The notes beneath the pieces were generated by a model. It had not been told where the DNA came from, ran no database searches, and was given only the letters and a program-made list of their open reading frames with translations. Positions 28,484 to 40,360 of a DNA stretch of 64,000 bases are shown in pieces (the stretch's first letter is position 1; every line of letters begins with the position of its first letter). Made by a program: the position numbers and the translations under genes. This DNA is from Raja brachyura (lineage: Eukaryota). The stretch spans positions 434,001-498,000 of the forward strand of contig OY740795.1 in NCBI GenBank assembly GCA_963514005.1. Reading direction: 5' to 3'.

Positions 28484-31400
28484 GGTCTCTCCAAAATGCA
28501 TCACGTGTTACGGTGACGGCGGACTTCTCCATGAAAGTGTGCGACGCCATGCTACATTTATTTGGTGACTTCTGTCGGCAAGGGTTTGACGTGCTCTACA
28601 ACCCTGTGTGCAGATTCATTCTCTTTCTTGCTCATCTAGCTATCGACTGTTCTGTTTGGTTCACGGCCGCTATCACCGTTTGATCGATTTGTAGCCATTC
28701 ACACTTACAAACTCAAAACCCTCTACTGCACCGAGAGAACCACGATTGTGGTTGTAATGACACTGGGCGCGTTCTCCTGCATCTAGAATGTCCCCTGGTA
28801 ATTTGCAGTTAATCCCTATTCTATGTAATTGGGGATTGTCTCGATGATGGCGAGTGACAATCCACCAATGTATGATTGCCGCAATGTTATCATTTTCCTG
28901 GACGGAGCAGCTGATTACCCCAGCTGTTCCATTCTGTTTTACTATTTTACTGTTTAACGTGCTCACAGTCAGACACATTTTAGTAGCCAGTCGGGTCCGC
29001 AGGTGTGTCCGAGAAAGGAACAGCGGGGATAAAGATAAATACCCCGAGATAGCGAACCGCAGACGATCCGCCGTTTTACTTCTTGGAATCTGAACGGGTT
29101 TTACCATGCTCTGGGCAACAACGGACTCATCTTTTGTTTATTACCGAAGGGTTAGATTCTTTCACATCAAGTTAGACAAAAATGCTGGAGATGCTCAGCG
29201 GGTGAGGCAGCATCTATGGAGCGAAGGAAATAGGCAACGTTTCGGGTCCCGACCCTTCATCAGACTGATGTGAGGGTGGGGAGAAGAATAACATAAGAGG
29301 TGGAGCCAGAGGGCTGAGTGAAAGCTGAGAATGGTAGGAGAAAGTAGGGACTACCTGAAATTAGAGAAGTCCAGGTTCATACCGCTGGGGTGACAACTGC
29401 CCAAGCGATATATGAGTTGCTGTTCCTCCAATTTACGGTGGTCCGCACTATGGCCATGGAGGAGGCCCAGGACAGAAAGGTCGAATTCGGAACGGGAGGC
29501 TCAGTTGAAGTGTTGAGCCACCGGGAGATCAGGTTAGCTATTCCGAACAAAGCGGAGGTGTTTGGCGAAGCGATCGCCAAGCCTACACTTGGTCTCACTA
29601 GATGTAGAACAGCTGTCATCTAGAGCAGCGGATGCAATAGATGAGGGTGGAAGAGGTGTAGGTGGACCTCTGCCGCACCTGGAAAGACTGCTTGGGTCCT
29701 TGAATGGAGTCAAGGTGGGAGGTGCACAGACAAGTGTAGCATTTCCTGCGGTTGCAAGGGAAAGTGCCCGTAGAGGGGATGGTTCGGGTGGGCAGGGACG
29801 AATTGAACTGGGAGTTCCGGAGGGAGCGGTCTCTGCGGAAGCCAGACAGGGTAGCAGATGGGAAGATGTGGCAAGTGGTGGGTTCACATTGTAGGTGGCG
29901 AAAATCTCGGAGATTATTTGTTGTATGAATTTATTGATAAATGTCAGGTTATCCACTTTGGTAGCAAGAACAGGAAAGTAGACTATCATCTGAATGGCGG
30001 CCGATTAGGAAAAGGGGAGATGCAACTGGGTGTCGTGGTACACCAGTCATTGAAAGTAGGCATGCAGGTGCTGAAGGTAGTGAATAAATCGAATGGTATG
30101 TTAGTATTCATAGCATAATGATTTGAGTATAGGAGCAGGGAGGTTCGACGCAGTTGTACAGGGCCTTGGTGAGACCACACCTGGAGTATTGCGTACAGTA
30201 TTCGTCTCCTAATCTGAGGAAAGACATTCTTGTCATAGAGGGAGTACAAAGAAGGTTCACCAGATTCCTGGGATGGCCGGACTTTCATATGGAGAAAGAC
30301 TGGATGGACTCAGTTTGACCTCGCTGGAATGTAGAAGAATGAGGGGGGATCTTATAAAAACTTAAAACATTCTTAAGGGGTTGGACAGGCTAGATGCAAG
30401 AAGATTCTTCCCGATGTTGGGGAAGTCCAGAACAAGATGTCACAGTTTAAGGATGACGGGGAAGTCTTATAGGACCCAAATGAGAAAATAAAAATTCACA
30501 GAGAGTGCTGAATCTGTGGAATTCTCTGCCACAGAAAGTAGTTGAGGCCAGTTCATTAGCTATATTTAAGAGGGAGTTAGATGTGGCCCTTGTGTCTAAA
30601 GGGATCAGGGGGTATGGAGAGAAGGCAGGTAGAGGATACTGAGTTGGATGATCAGCCATGATCATATTGAATGGCGGTGCAGGCTCGAAGGGCCGGATGA
30701 CCCACCCCTGCACCTAATTGCTATGTTTTCTATGTTTCTATGTATATGACGGCTGGTAGGGTGGAAGGTGAGGACAAGGGGGACTCGGCCCTTGTTGCGA
30801 GTGGGTGGATGGGGAGTAGGAGCAGAGTTACGGGGTATAGAAGATACCCTGGTGAGAGCCTCAGCTATAGTAGAAGAGGGGAAACCCCGTTCCCTGGAGA
30901 ATTAGGTCATCTTCGATGCCCTGATGTGGAATACTCCATCCTTGGTGCAGATGCGGCGCGGACAGTGGAATTTGGAGTTCGAGATGGAGTCATTACAGGA
31001 AGCAGTGGGGGAATATGTTCAGGCCGGATAGCCATGTGAGTCAGTGGGTTTATTGTGGATGTCGGTCAATACTCTCCATCGCAGTTGATAGAGGACAACC
31101 GTCAATTGGAGAGGCAGCACCTCATATTTCGCTTGGGCAGTTTACACCCCAGCGGCATGAATATTGACTTCTGTTATTTCAGGTATTCACTGCTTTCTCT
31201 TCCCCTTCTCAGCTCTCCCCCAGCCCACCGACTCCACCTCGTCCTTTCTTCTTCCCGCCTCCCACTCCACCCTCACATCAGTCTGAAGAAGGGTTTCGAC
31301 CCGAAACGTTGCATATTTCCTTGGCTCCATAGATGCTGCCTCACCCGCTGAGTTTCTCCAGCATTTTTATCTACCTTCGATTTTCCAGCATTTGCAGTTC

Positions 31401-31600
31401 CATCCTAAACACTTTCATATCAAGACGTGGATTAACCAACATGTCACGTTTGAGCGATTTGATGTCTTGTTGTATCTGCTGAGCACCTGCACAATCACAG
31501 CCAATGACCCAGAGGAAGTTTAGGGAGCAACTGCTCCACGCGCTCTAATACACATTTACCCATTTACTCCCATTTCAAATTCGGTAAACGTATTTACAGG
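28484..31600 (+). pseudogene. GPR139-like GPCR pseudogene (28484-29171 and 31412-31600), split by a transposon insertion
   Basis: Frameshifted remnants GLSK/CIT, DCSVWFT, FDRFVAI, SWTEQLITPAVPFCF, HILVASRVRR and PEIANRRRS. After the insertion: LLSTCT and TQRKFREQLL. The 5' end is missing. Confidence 0.82.
29172..31411. mobile_element. Penelope-like element with inverted terminal arrangement and a nested CR1 (about 29930-30745)
   Basis: GIY-YIG-region remnant ETKCRLGDRFAKHLR (minus) and QLERQHLIFRLGSLHPSGMNIDF (plus). The two ends are reverse complements. Flanked by a 13-bp direct repeat ctttca(c/t)atcaag at 29159-29171 and 31412-31424. Confidence 0.78.
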
Positions 31601-31714
31601 TGAGATGCCTGTGGTATCAATTCGTTTTCCAGTACTTGGAGCAGTTTTCTCCACGACGACATTGTCTTGTTGATACCAGACGCTGAATGGAGTTGTCCCA
31701 TCTGTAGATCTTAC

Positions 31715-32270
31715 TAGGTGTACAATTTTGGTCGCCTAATTATAGGAAGGATGTCAACAAAATAGAGAGAGTACAGAGGAGATTGACTGGAATGTTGCCT
31801 GGGTTACAGCAACTAAGTTACAGAGAAAGGTTGAACAAGTTAGGTCTTTATTCTTTGGAGCGCAAAAGGTTAAGGGGGGACTTGATTGAGGTCTTTAAAA
31901 TGATGAAAGGGATAGATAGAGTTGACGTGGATAAGCTTTTCCCATTGAGGGTAGGGAAGATTCAAACAAGAGGGCATGACATGAGAATTAAGGGGCAGAA
32001 GTTTAGGGGTAACATGAGGGGGAACTCCTTTACTCAGAGAGTGGTGGCTGTGTGGAATGATCTCCCAGCAGAAGTGGTGGAGGCAGGATCGATTTTAACA
32101 TTTAAAGTAAAGTGGATAGGTATATGGACGGGAAGGGAATGGAGAGGTATGGTCTGAGTGCAGGTAGATGGGACTAGGGGAAAATAAATGGTCGGCACGG
32201 ACTGGAAGGGCCGAGAAGGCCTGTTTCCGTGCTGTAATTTTTATATGGTTATATGGTTATATGGTTATAT
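31715..32270 (+). mobile_element. CR1 3' fragment
   Basis: LSYRERLNKLGLYSLE and a (ttatatgg)n tail. Confidence 0.88.
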
Positions 32271-32670
32271 AGGCGCACGGCTGATCGAGTTGCTGCATCA
32301 CATTCATGACTGACCTCTGGTGCCCTCTAGTTGGCGTTTTCTCTTTCTCTTGGTTTCCCTCTTTGCTCCGGTGACTTCTCATTTTTAAAAGCCGCGGGTG
32401 TTTGTAGGTTATGTTGCCGTTCGTGAGATTACGTTCACATTGTATCAAATCAATTTGGCATGGAATAAAACATTGTGACGCGCTTCCATGTTAGCATCCA
32501 ATTTAAAGTTAACTTAATTTAAAGTAAAACGAGTAGATAAATCAGGCAAAAGACAGAAAAGAGCGAATGCCTTTTGCGGCTTCTATTGTTAGCGCAAGAA
32601 AAGCGTAGTTATGATGCTTGAAGTACATTTTGTAGGTTGGCGCAGATTGTCGAGCTGCTGCCTCACAGTG

Positions 32671-33673
32671 TAGCAATGTTACAACATTTTGAGATTTTAA
32701 AAATCAAGTCTGCAATTTATCCCGTCAGATAAAGCATAAAACGAGGTTTAATTTGACACCTAATTCACTTTCATATCTTCAGTATTAAGAAAGTTATGGC
32801 TATTTTCATACTCGGAAATTAGCATCTTGTTCCCCATTGCCTTTCAATTGACTTAACTCAAAAGCTGTGATCTGGAATAGTTAAAAGCCCATAACCTTCT
32901 TAAAAATTATAGATTGAAGCATTCTGAAACAAATATGAAACAATCTTACTTGGATGACCTGAAATTAAAGCATATAATTAGTTATTTATCTAATTGTAGC
33001 TAATTACAAAATTCAATGAGTAGATCTAAACATCTATCCATTTCTTAAGAAAAGATAAACTTTTTAAAAATTGCCCAAGTGTCCAAATAACATTTTTACA
33101 ATAATCCACAATATAACATAATTTTTAAATCTCATTTTCATGAATTTCTGGGCCAAATGGAAGGAATTTAGTGTTTAATGCCTGTAAATTAATGGCCATT
33201 TAAATCAACTAGCGAGTGGGTTTTACTGGAATGCGGTGGATTGGAACGTTGCGGTTAGCGGTGAAGTCGGGAAGAAAAATACTGTTGGTTCATACATTTT
33301 TGGACTCCATTTCGCAACATGAAAATGTTATTAAAGCCTCCCGAAAAACCAACTTTTAATATAAAAATAAACTATTTACCTTTTTTTCTCCCCAACGCAA
33401 AATCCTTCCGGTTGTCGGCGCTCACGTCTTTTGAAGTGATTTTTTAAATTACTCTAGTTAATAAATAATTTAGCGTAATTTAAAAATACCTTCATTCATG
33501 AAATGTCGGAGCGATTTTTCTTCCGCAACGAAATCGCCCGACATTGATCGATTTTCCCTGCCTGTGGAAAAACTGCACTTTAAGCCCGCCCCCCTCTGAA
33601 AGGCGCCAAAGTCGCGCACACGGGGAGCGGCAGAACTGCAGCGCTGCTCAAGGTAAGTTTTGTAACATACCTA
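32671..33673. mobile_element. Non-autonomous DNA transposon (about 1.0 kb) with short imperfect TIRs, inserted in a SINE
   Basis: Left end tagcaatgttacaa, right end ttgtaacataccta. Flanked by direct cacagtg repeats (32664-32670 and 33674-33680). The paralogous empty site is at 481-500. AT-rich with no ORF. Confidence 0.8.
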
Positions 33674-33724
33674 CACAGTGCCGGAATCTGGATTCGATGG
33701 TGACGTCCACAATGTATTTGTAGA

Positions 33725-35375
33725 CTGCCGGAATCTGACGGAACGGGGGTCAAATAAGATGGAGGAACTGAGTAAAATCCAGGTTAGCCGGGAGGTGGTG
33801 TTGGGTAAATTGAACGGATTGAAGGTCGACAAATCGTCAGGGACAGATAGTCTGCATCCCAGAGTACTCAAGGAGGTAGCCACAGAAATAGTGGATGCAT
33901 TAGTGATAATTTTTCAAAATTCCTTAGATTCTGGAGTAGTTCCTGAGGATTGGAGGGTAGCTAATGTAATCCCACTTTTTAAAAAAAGAGGGAGAGAGAA
34001 AGCGGGGAATTACAGACCAGTTAGTCTAACACCGGTAGTACGGAAACTGCTTGAGTCAGTTATTAAGGATGGAATAGCAGCACATTTGGAAAGTAGTGAA
34101 TACATTGGACAAAGTCAGCATGGATTTACGAAATGTAAACCATGTCTGACAAATCTGATAGAATTTATCGAGGATGCAACTAGTAGAGTGGATAAGGGAG
34201 AATCAGTGGATGTGTTATATCTAGACTCTCAGAAGGCTTTCGATAAGGTCCCGCATAAGAGATTAGTATACAAACTTAATGCACACGGGTATTGGGGGTT
34301 CAGTATTGATGTGGATAGAGAACTGGCTAGCAGACAGGAGGCAAAGGGTAGGAGTAAACGGGTCCTTTTCAGAATGGCAGGCAGTGACTAGTGAGGTACC
34401 GCAAGGCTCAGTGCTGGGACCCCAGCTATTTACAATATATATTCATGATTTGGACGAGGGAATTCAATGCAACATCTCCAAATTTGCAGATGACACCAAG
34501 CTGGGGGGTATAGTTAGGTGTGAGGAGAATGCTTGGAGGCTGCAGGGTGATTTGGATAGGCTGAGTGCATGGGCAGATGCATGGTAGATGCAGTATAATG
34601 TGGATACATGTGAGCTTATACACTTTGTTGGCAAAACATGGGGGTAGACTATTATCGGAATGGTGGCAGATTAGGAAATTAGGCATGCAGGTGCAGCAGG
34701 CAGTGAAGAAAGCAAATGGCATATTAGCATTCATAGCAAAATGATTTGAGTATAGGAGCAGGGAGGTTCTACTGCAGTTGTACAGTGTTTTGGTGAGGCC
34801 ACACCTGGAGTATTGCGTACAGTGTTGGTCTCCAAATCTGAGGAAAGACATCCTTGCCATAGAGGGGGTACAGAGAAGATTCACCAGACTGATTCCTGGG
34901 ATGTCAGGACTTTCATATGAGGAAAGATTGGATAGACTCGGCTTGTACTCGCTGGAATTTAGAAGATTGAAGGGGGATCTTATAGAAACTTACAAAAAAC
35001 TTACAAAAGGGGTTGGACAAGCTAGATGCTGGAAGATTGTTCCCGATGTTGGGGGAGTCCAGAACAATGGGTCACAGTCTCATGATACGGGGGTATTCAT
35101 TTAGGACCGCGATGAGGAAAACATTCTTTACACAGAGAGTGGCGAGTCTCTGGAATTCTCTGCCACAGAAGGTAGTTGAGGCCAGTTCATTGGATATATT
35201 TAAGAGGGCGTTAGATGTGGCACTTGTGGCTAAGGGGATCAGGGGGTATGGAGAGAAGGCAGGTACGGGATACTGAGTTGGATGATCAGCCATGATCACG
35301 TTGAATGGCGGTGCAGGCTCGAAGGGCCGAATGGCCTACTCCTGCACCTACTTTTCTATGTTTCTATGTTCTATA
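33725..35375 (+). mobile_element. CR1 LINE, 5'-truncated, frameshifted RT
   Basis: ORFs 33678-34391, 34279-34587 ([16 protein letters not shown]) and 34778-35276; ttctatgt tail. Confidence 0.9.
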
Positions 35376-36284
35376 TTTCTAGACTGTTTTCTTCTTTCCT
35401 GTGTCCTCGTGGGTTTCTTCTGGGTCATCTGGTTAACCATCACATTCCCAAAATGTGCGAGTTAGTTGATTAATTGGCCACGGCAAAATTGCTTTTACCA
35501 TGTAGGAAGCAGAAAATGAATACGGAGTAAGGGAGAACCAGTGTGAATGGGTGATGAATGGGTCAGGGTGGATTCGGTCGTCCCAAATACCTATTTCCAC
35601 GTTTTACCTCGAAACTGAATACCTAACGCTGGCTTTCTACAATTAGTTCCATGTCCAAAGATGTATCCGGTGAGAATTCACTGTGAACTCTAAACCACAA
35701 TACATCAAGTCAGGAAATGTGGTGAACGTACACAGCGCATCATGACATAATGTACGTTGACTGAGCGTGTGATAGAGTGCGTGGACACCTCCCGTTTGTG
35801 CGCGGGTATAACACAGATGAACCGTGATGCGCCTATCAGATCGTGTTCTGGACTCGCAAATGGTTTCATCCGATGGTCACCAGATTGCCCCACGTGACGC
35901 AGTCGCGGTGATCTGTTGAAATCGGGGCTTGTGATAATAAATAGGCAATTTGGAACTTAAGAACACATTCCTGGCCTTGAAACAATGTCGTGGTACTTAT
36001 CACTAAAATACACGTGGCAGTGTAGGAATGCCATGTTTATAATGACCATGTGATGGGGTTGGGGTCTATGATGTACTGAAACTGTTAGGGAGCGAACTGC
36101 GGATGCAAAGAGATTCTGGATCGGTTTGCAAGGGTGCCTGTTCCGATTTATTCCGAACAGCTCTGTCGCAGAGGACTACATGATTTATGGACTGTTCCCC
36201 GGGACGCATTCAGAGGCCGACATGCGAGTGCTGCTGGAAGGTCGTCAACTCGGTGAAAGACACTCTTTGGTGTGCCTGAGCTTT

Positions 36285-37964
36285 TTAAAAAAAAATCTTT
36301 TTATTGTTTTTTTCCCCCAAAACCCCCAAAATAAAACATAAAACACAGAGCAACAAGAATAATGATAAACAAAACAATTATTTTGATACAGAGGGATCAG
36401 GATTGCATTAATAACAGATATAACCTGATATGAGACCAGTGTCAAAATACACATTGAATATAGACATCCCGGTCTCTATATAAATATAGTTAAATCTTTA
36501 AAAGAAACCTTACAAATGTGGACAAAAAACTGAAATAAAAAGACAAAAACACAAGGAAAAAAGAAAAAAAAAAACCCCTGAACTAAAAAAAAACAACAAA
36601 TTAATAAGAATAAAATAAGAATAAAAATAAAATAAATAAATAAAAACTAAGCAAAGCAAAACAGATTCTGAACTAAAAGTTTCAAAAATTTAAGGCTGTT
36701 TGTCGTCAAGTCCGTTCCACCCTATAAAGGTAAAATAGTTTTTTTATAACGGTTAAAGAGGGAGCAATTTATATTGTACGAAAGTGTTCAATACATTTTC
36801 CCCAATTTTATCAAATTTAACCAAGGGTTCAACAATGTCACTCCCAATTTTTTCCAAATTTAAACATGATATCGTTTCAGAATACCACTGCAGTGTGGTC
36901 GGAGAGTTGGAGTATTTCCATTTAAATAAAATAGATCACCTGGCGATTAATGTGGTAAAATAAATCAACCGATGGGCGGAGCGGGACAAATGAATAGAGT
37001 CTAACATTCGTAGCCCCAAAATTGCAGTAATAGGATGAGGTTGTAAATCAATACCTATGACTACAGAAATAGTATCAAAAATGTATTTCCAATATTTTTC
37101 CGCACGTGGGCAGGACCAAAACATATGGGTCAGTGAGGCCACTTCAGAGTTATATCTGTCACAGGTAGGATTTGTATGACCATAAAAACGAGCCAACGTA
37201 TCCTTTGACACAACCCCCCAAAAACAAATCACGAAAAGCTACTAATCCCTTCCTCTTCCATAACAAAAATAGTTGATCAGTTCTAGAGGCTGGAAGAGAA
37301 AATTTGATAAAATAGGACTCGATAAGATAAAAGCATTTAGTCCAAAATCTTACGAAACCATATTCGGAACGTATATCTTATTATTGGGCTAGTCGTGTAT
37401 TTATTCAATCTTGTAATTGTGAAAGGTAACGAGGCCCCGAGAATAGAGGCAAATGATAGCCCTTCTAAGGAATCACGTTCAATGTTTATCCATCCTGGGT
37501 ATTGGGTATCTTATAAACCTTTTGTCCAAAATGTCAAATAACGAACATTGACTGCCCAATAGTAAAATCTAAGGTTCGGCAATGCCAAACCAACATATCT
37601 TTTTGATTTCTGTAAATGTTTTTTACTTAGTCTGGGATTTTTATTCTGCCATATATATGAAGACATTTTGGAGTTTATAATGTCGAAAAAAAGATTTGGC
37701 AATAAAAAACTGGTATCGTTTGAAATAAATACAGAAATATAGGTAAAATGAACATTTTAATAGCATTGATTCGGCCAATTAAGGATAAGGACAGTGGTGA
37801 CCATTTAGTAAACTGATGTCTAATATGGTCAATTAAAGGCATAAAATTGGCTTTAAATAAAGTCTAGTGTTTCTTGGTGATCATAATACCTAAATAAGTA
37901 AAACTGTCGTTTGTCAATCAAAATGGAAACTGACCATAATTCAAAACATGATTATTTAATGGAT
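36285..37964 (-). mobile_element. L1/Tx1-clade LINE 3' fragment (copy 2) with target-site duplication
   Basis: Same peptides as copy 1. TSD cctgagcttt at 36275-36284 and 37965-37974. Empty paralogous site at 1443-1452. Confidence 0.88.
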
Positions 37965-39851
37965 CCTGAGCTTTGTTCACCTCCCAGCAAAGCGAGATGT
38001 CCGCCGGTGAAAGTGACCGTCTGACCCGCTGCAGACTGCAGGAATACAGCCAAAATCATGACTCTGTGAGGAGGACCACAGTCTAAGGTCCATCCGCTGC
38101 TGGGCATGGGGGTACGGTGTGGTGGAGTCGCCCCTTAAAATAAGGGAAGAGATTCCACGCCAGTGGGTCACAACAGTGGCAAGGGTGGGAGGTAAAATTG
38201 TGTAATATATGCAAACAGTATTCAATGTGTATTTAGCCTCCGAGAATGTCGGATGGGGTTTTGTAAGGACCATGTATTGCATATATTTACTTCTCGAATA
38301 ACGTATATTTTGAAATAGAAAAACTTGACGCACCATGACTGTTTCCACAATTCACAATAATCGCAGTTGTTTTTCCCATAGTCGAGGTCTGTGAAGGCGG
38401 AACCATTTCCATGTAAAGACCCAGTCAAATGTTGCGATTTCTTATTTTATGGCTGCACCTCCCCAACTGCTCTGATGTCCACGCCACTCCGCGAGCAAGT
38501 GAGCGAGACTGCATTTGAATTATCTTCCAATCTCCAATGGTTTGTTTACATGACGGACAACACGTTGTATAGTTAGCATATTCGAAAACATGATTTGTGG
38601 GCCATTGCTAGTTTATATTTTCTTTGATTTTGGAGATATATTTTGAATGTGAATCTCATCAATATTAATTTGAATCTGAAACCCCTGGCTGCCTGAACCT
38701 GTCGGGATTATGGTAATGTTAGCCGTTGGGAGCAATTATGTTTATGTATTTTGCATAAGTATATAATTTTAATGTCAGTGAGTTGCTGACTGTTCACATG
38801 GTGGCTGAAACTACACCGTGTGAACGGTGAGCGGTCCAATAGTGTTTCGACTGGAGACAGAATAATACCGATATACTCCCTGACCACGAACCGAATCCAG
38901 GCAGCAGCGGACTGTGCGCAAAATGCAGATCACCAGACCACTCGATATACTGCTGCAACTCATAGAAATTCCAAACCTAATTTGCAGGCTAGCTGTGGTT
39001 AAAGTTCAACAATCTTTATAAAAACAATTCACACATTTTGTCGGCACAGTGGCGCAGCTGCTGCCATAAAGTTTCTGAGACCCGGGATCAATCCTGTAAT
39101 CGGGTGATGACTGCGTGGAGTGTTCCCGGCTCGCTGTGACCGGTATCGTCCAGGTGTTCTGATTTACTCACGTGTCCCAAATATGTGTGATTTGTTAGGT
39201 TAATCGGCCTCTGTAAACATGTGCCAAGTGTGCAAGAAATAGATGGGAAAGTGGAATAACATGGAACGAGAGTGATTGGATCATCGATGGTCGGCGTGGC
39301 TCAGGAATGAATTTCATATGCCAAAAAATGGCAGATAAAGGGGAGTGGAACTGGAAAACATTGAGTGAAAACGGCTCCTTGCACATCCTACTGGATTTGC
39401 TTGTAATTTACTTCATACAGAAAACACGTGCATTTTTCAATGAAAATATCAAAGCATCCAATGTTCTCGACACGGCCGAACCGACTGCACAACTGACCAC
39501 TGCCTGTCGCCTTTGGACGGATGCCCTTAATATTGTGGTGATTTTGTTTAGCATCATAGCATCACATGATCTTACACCCTCACAACCGGTTACCAGAACA
39601 AGTATGCCTTCCTCAACCACGGTTCATTCAAGCGGATGCGACTACTCTCAATGGAAACGCTGCATTCCGGCTACGTGTATTTCAATTGGCTGAGACCCCG
39701 CTGCTCACCATCATCCCTGACGCCATCACTGAGGGCACAGGGCAGTGACAGCAAACATCCGGAGACCAGCAGACGCTCTTTGACTGAGAAAACGCTCCAG
39801 TTTATGTCGCTTCACGTTTGGAACTCAGCTAGTGAAGAGTGAACGGGTGAA

Positions 39852-39897
39852 ATGCGTTTCCTCGGCATCTGTTTTGGATGGGGAGCTTTTCTGACAG
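39852..39897 (+). CDS. Leader exon of TCR Valpha/delta gene 2 (MRFLGICFGWGAFLT-)
   Basis: ATG plus 46-nt exon and gtaatt donor. Intron 39898-40015 ends in tttacag. Confidence 0.9.
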
Positions 39898-40015
39898 GTA
39901 ATTCTGGATTAAATGTTTCCGTTACCATCGCCGTCCTCAGCCAGGTTTTGGTTTGAGAAGTGCAATTTCATGGCACTCCTGTGTCTGTTACTATCTCAAT
40001 ATATTTATTTTACAG

Positions 40016-40322
40016 TCGCGATTCACGGAGAATCTGTCACACAGCCACTGCCTTCGACGAAAATGACAAAAGGAGAAGCGGTGACTTTAACCTGTAACTA
40101 TGATACCACACTAACTGGATACACTTTATTCTGGTACCGACAATATCCAGGCATGCAGCCTGAGTTTACTGTGTTGAGAGACACCAACGATTATGAATAT
40201 AAGGCCCAATACGCTGATACTCGTTTCTCTATTGAGCTCACTACCGCGACTAAGTTCACCAGCTTGAGCATCTCAGGGCTGGATCTCAGTGACTCTGCAG
40301 TCTATTACTGCGCACTGAGGCG
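40016..40322 (+). CDS. T-cell receptor alpha/delta variable segment 2 (V exon, germline, open)
   Basis: ESVTQ, VTLTCNY, LFWYRQYPG and DSAVYYCAL; paralog of 3828-4134. Confidence 0.92.
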
Positions 40323-40360
40323 CACAGTGATGGAAACATGTTAAGCCCGTTACAAAAACA
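40323..40360 (+). promoter_or_regulatory. Recombination signal sequence, 23-type with 22-bp spacer
   Basis: CACAGTG (40323-40329) + 22 nt + ACAAAAACA (40352-40360). Confidence 0.92.

Noticed and set aside
32664-33680. RAG/Transib-type transposon, suggested by the CACAGTG flanks
   Set aside because: The heptamers are direct rather than inverted repeats, come from the host SINE target, and have no nonamers. No transposase is present.
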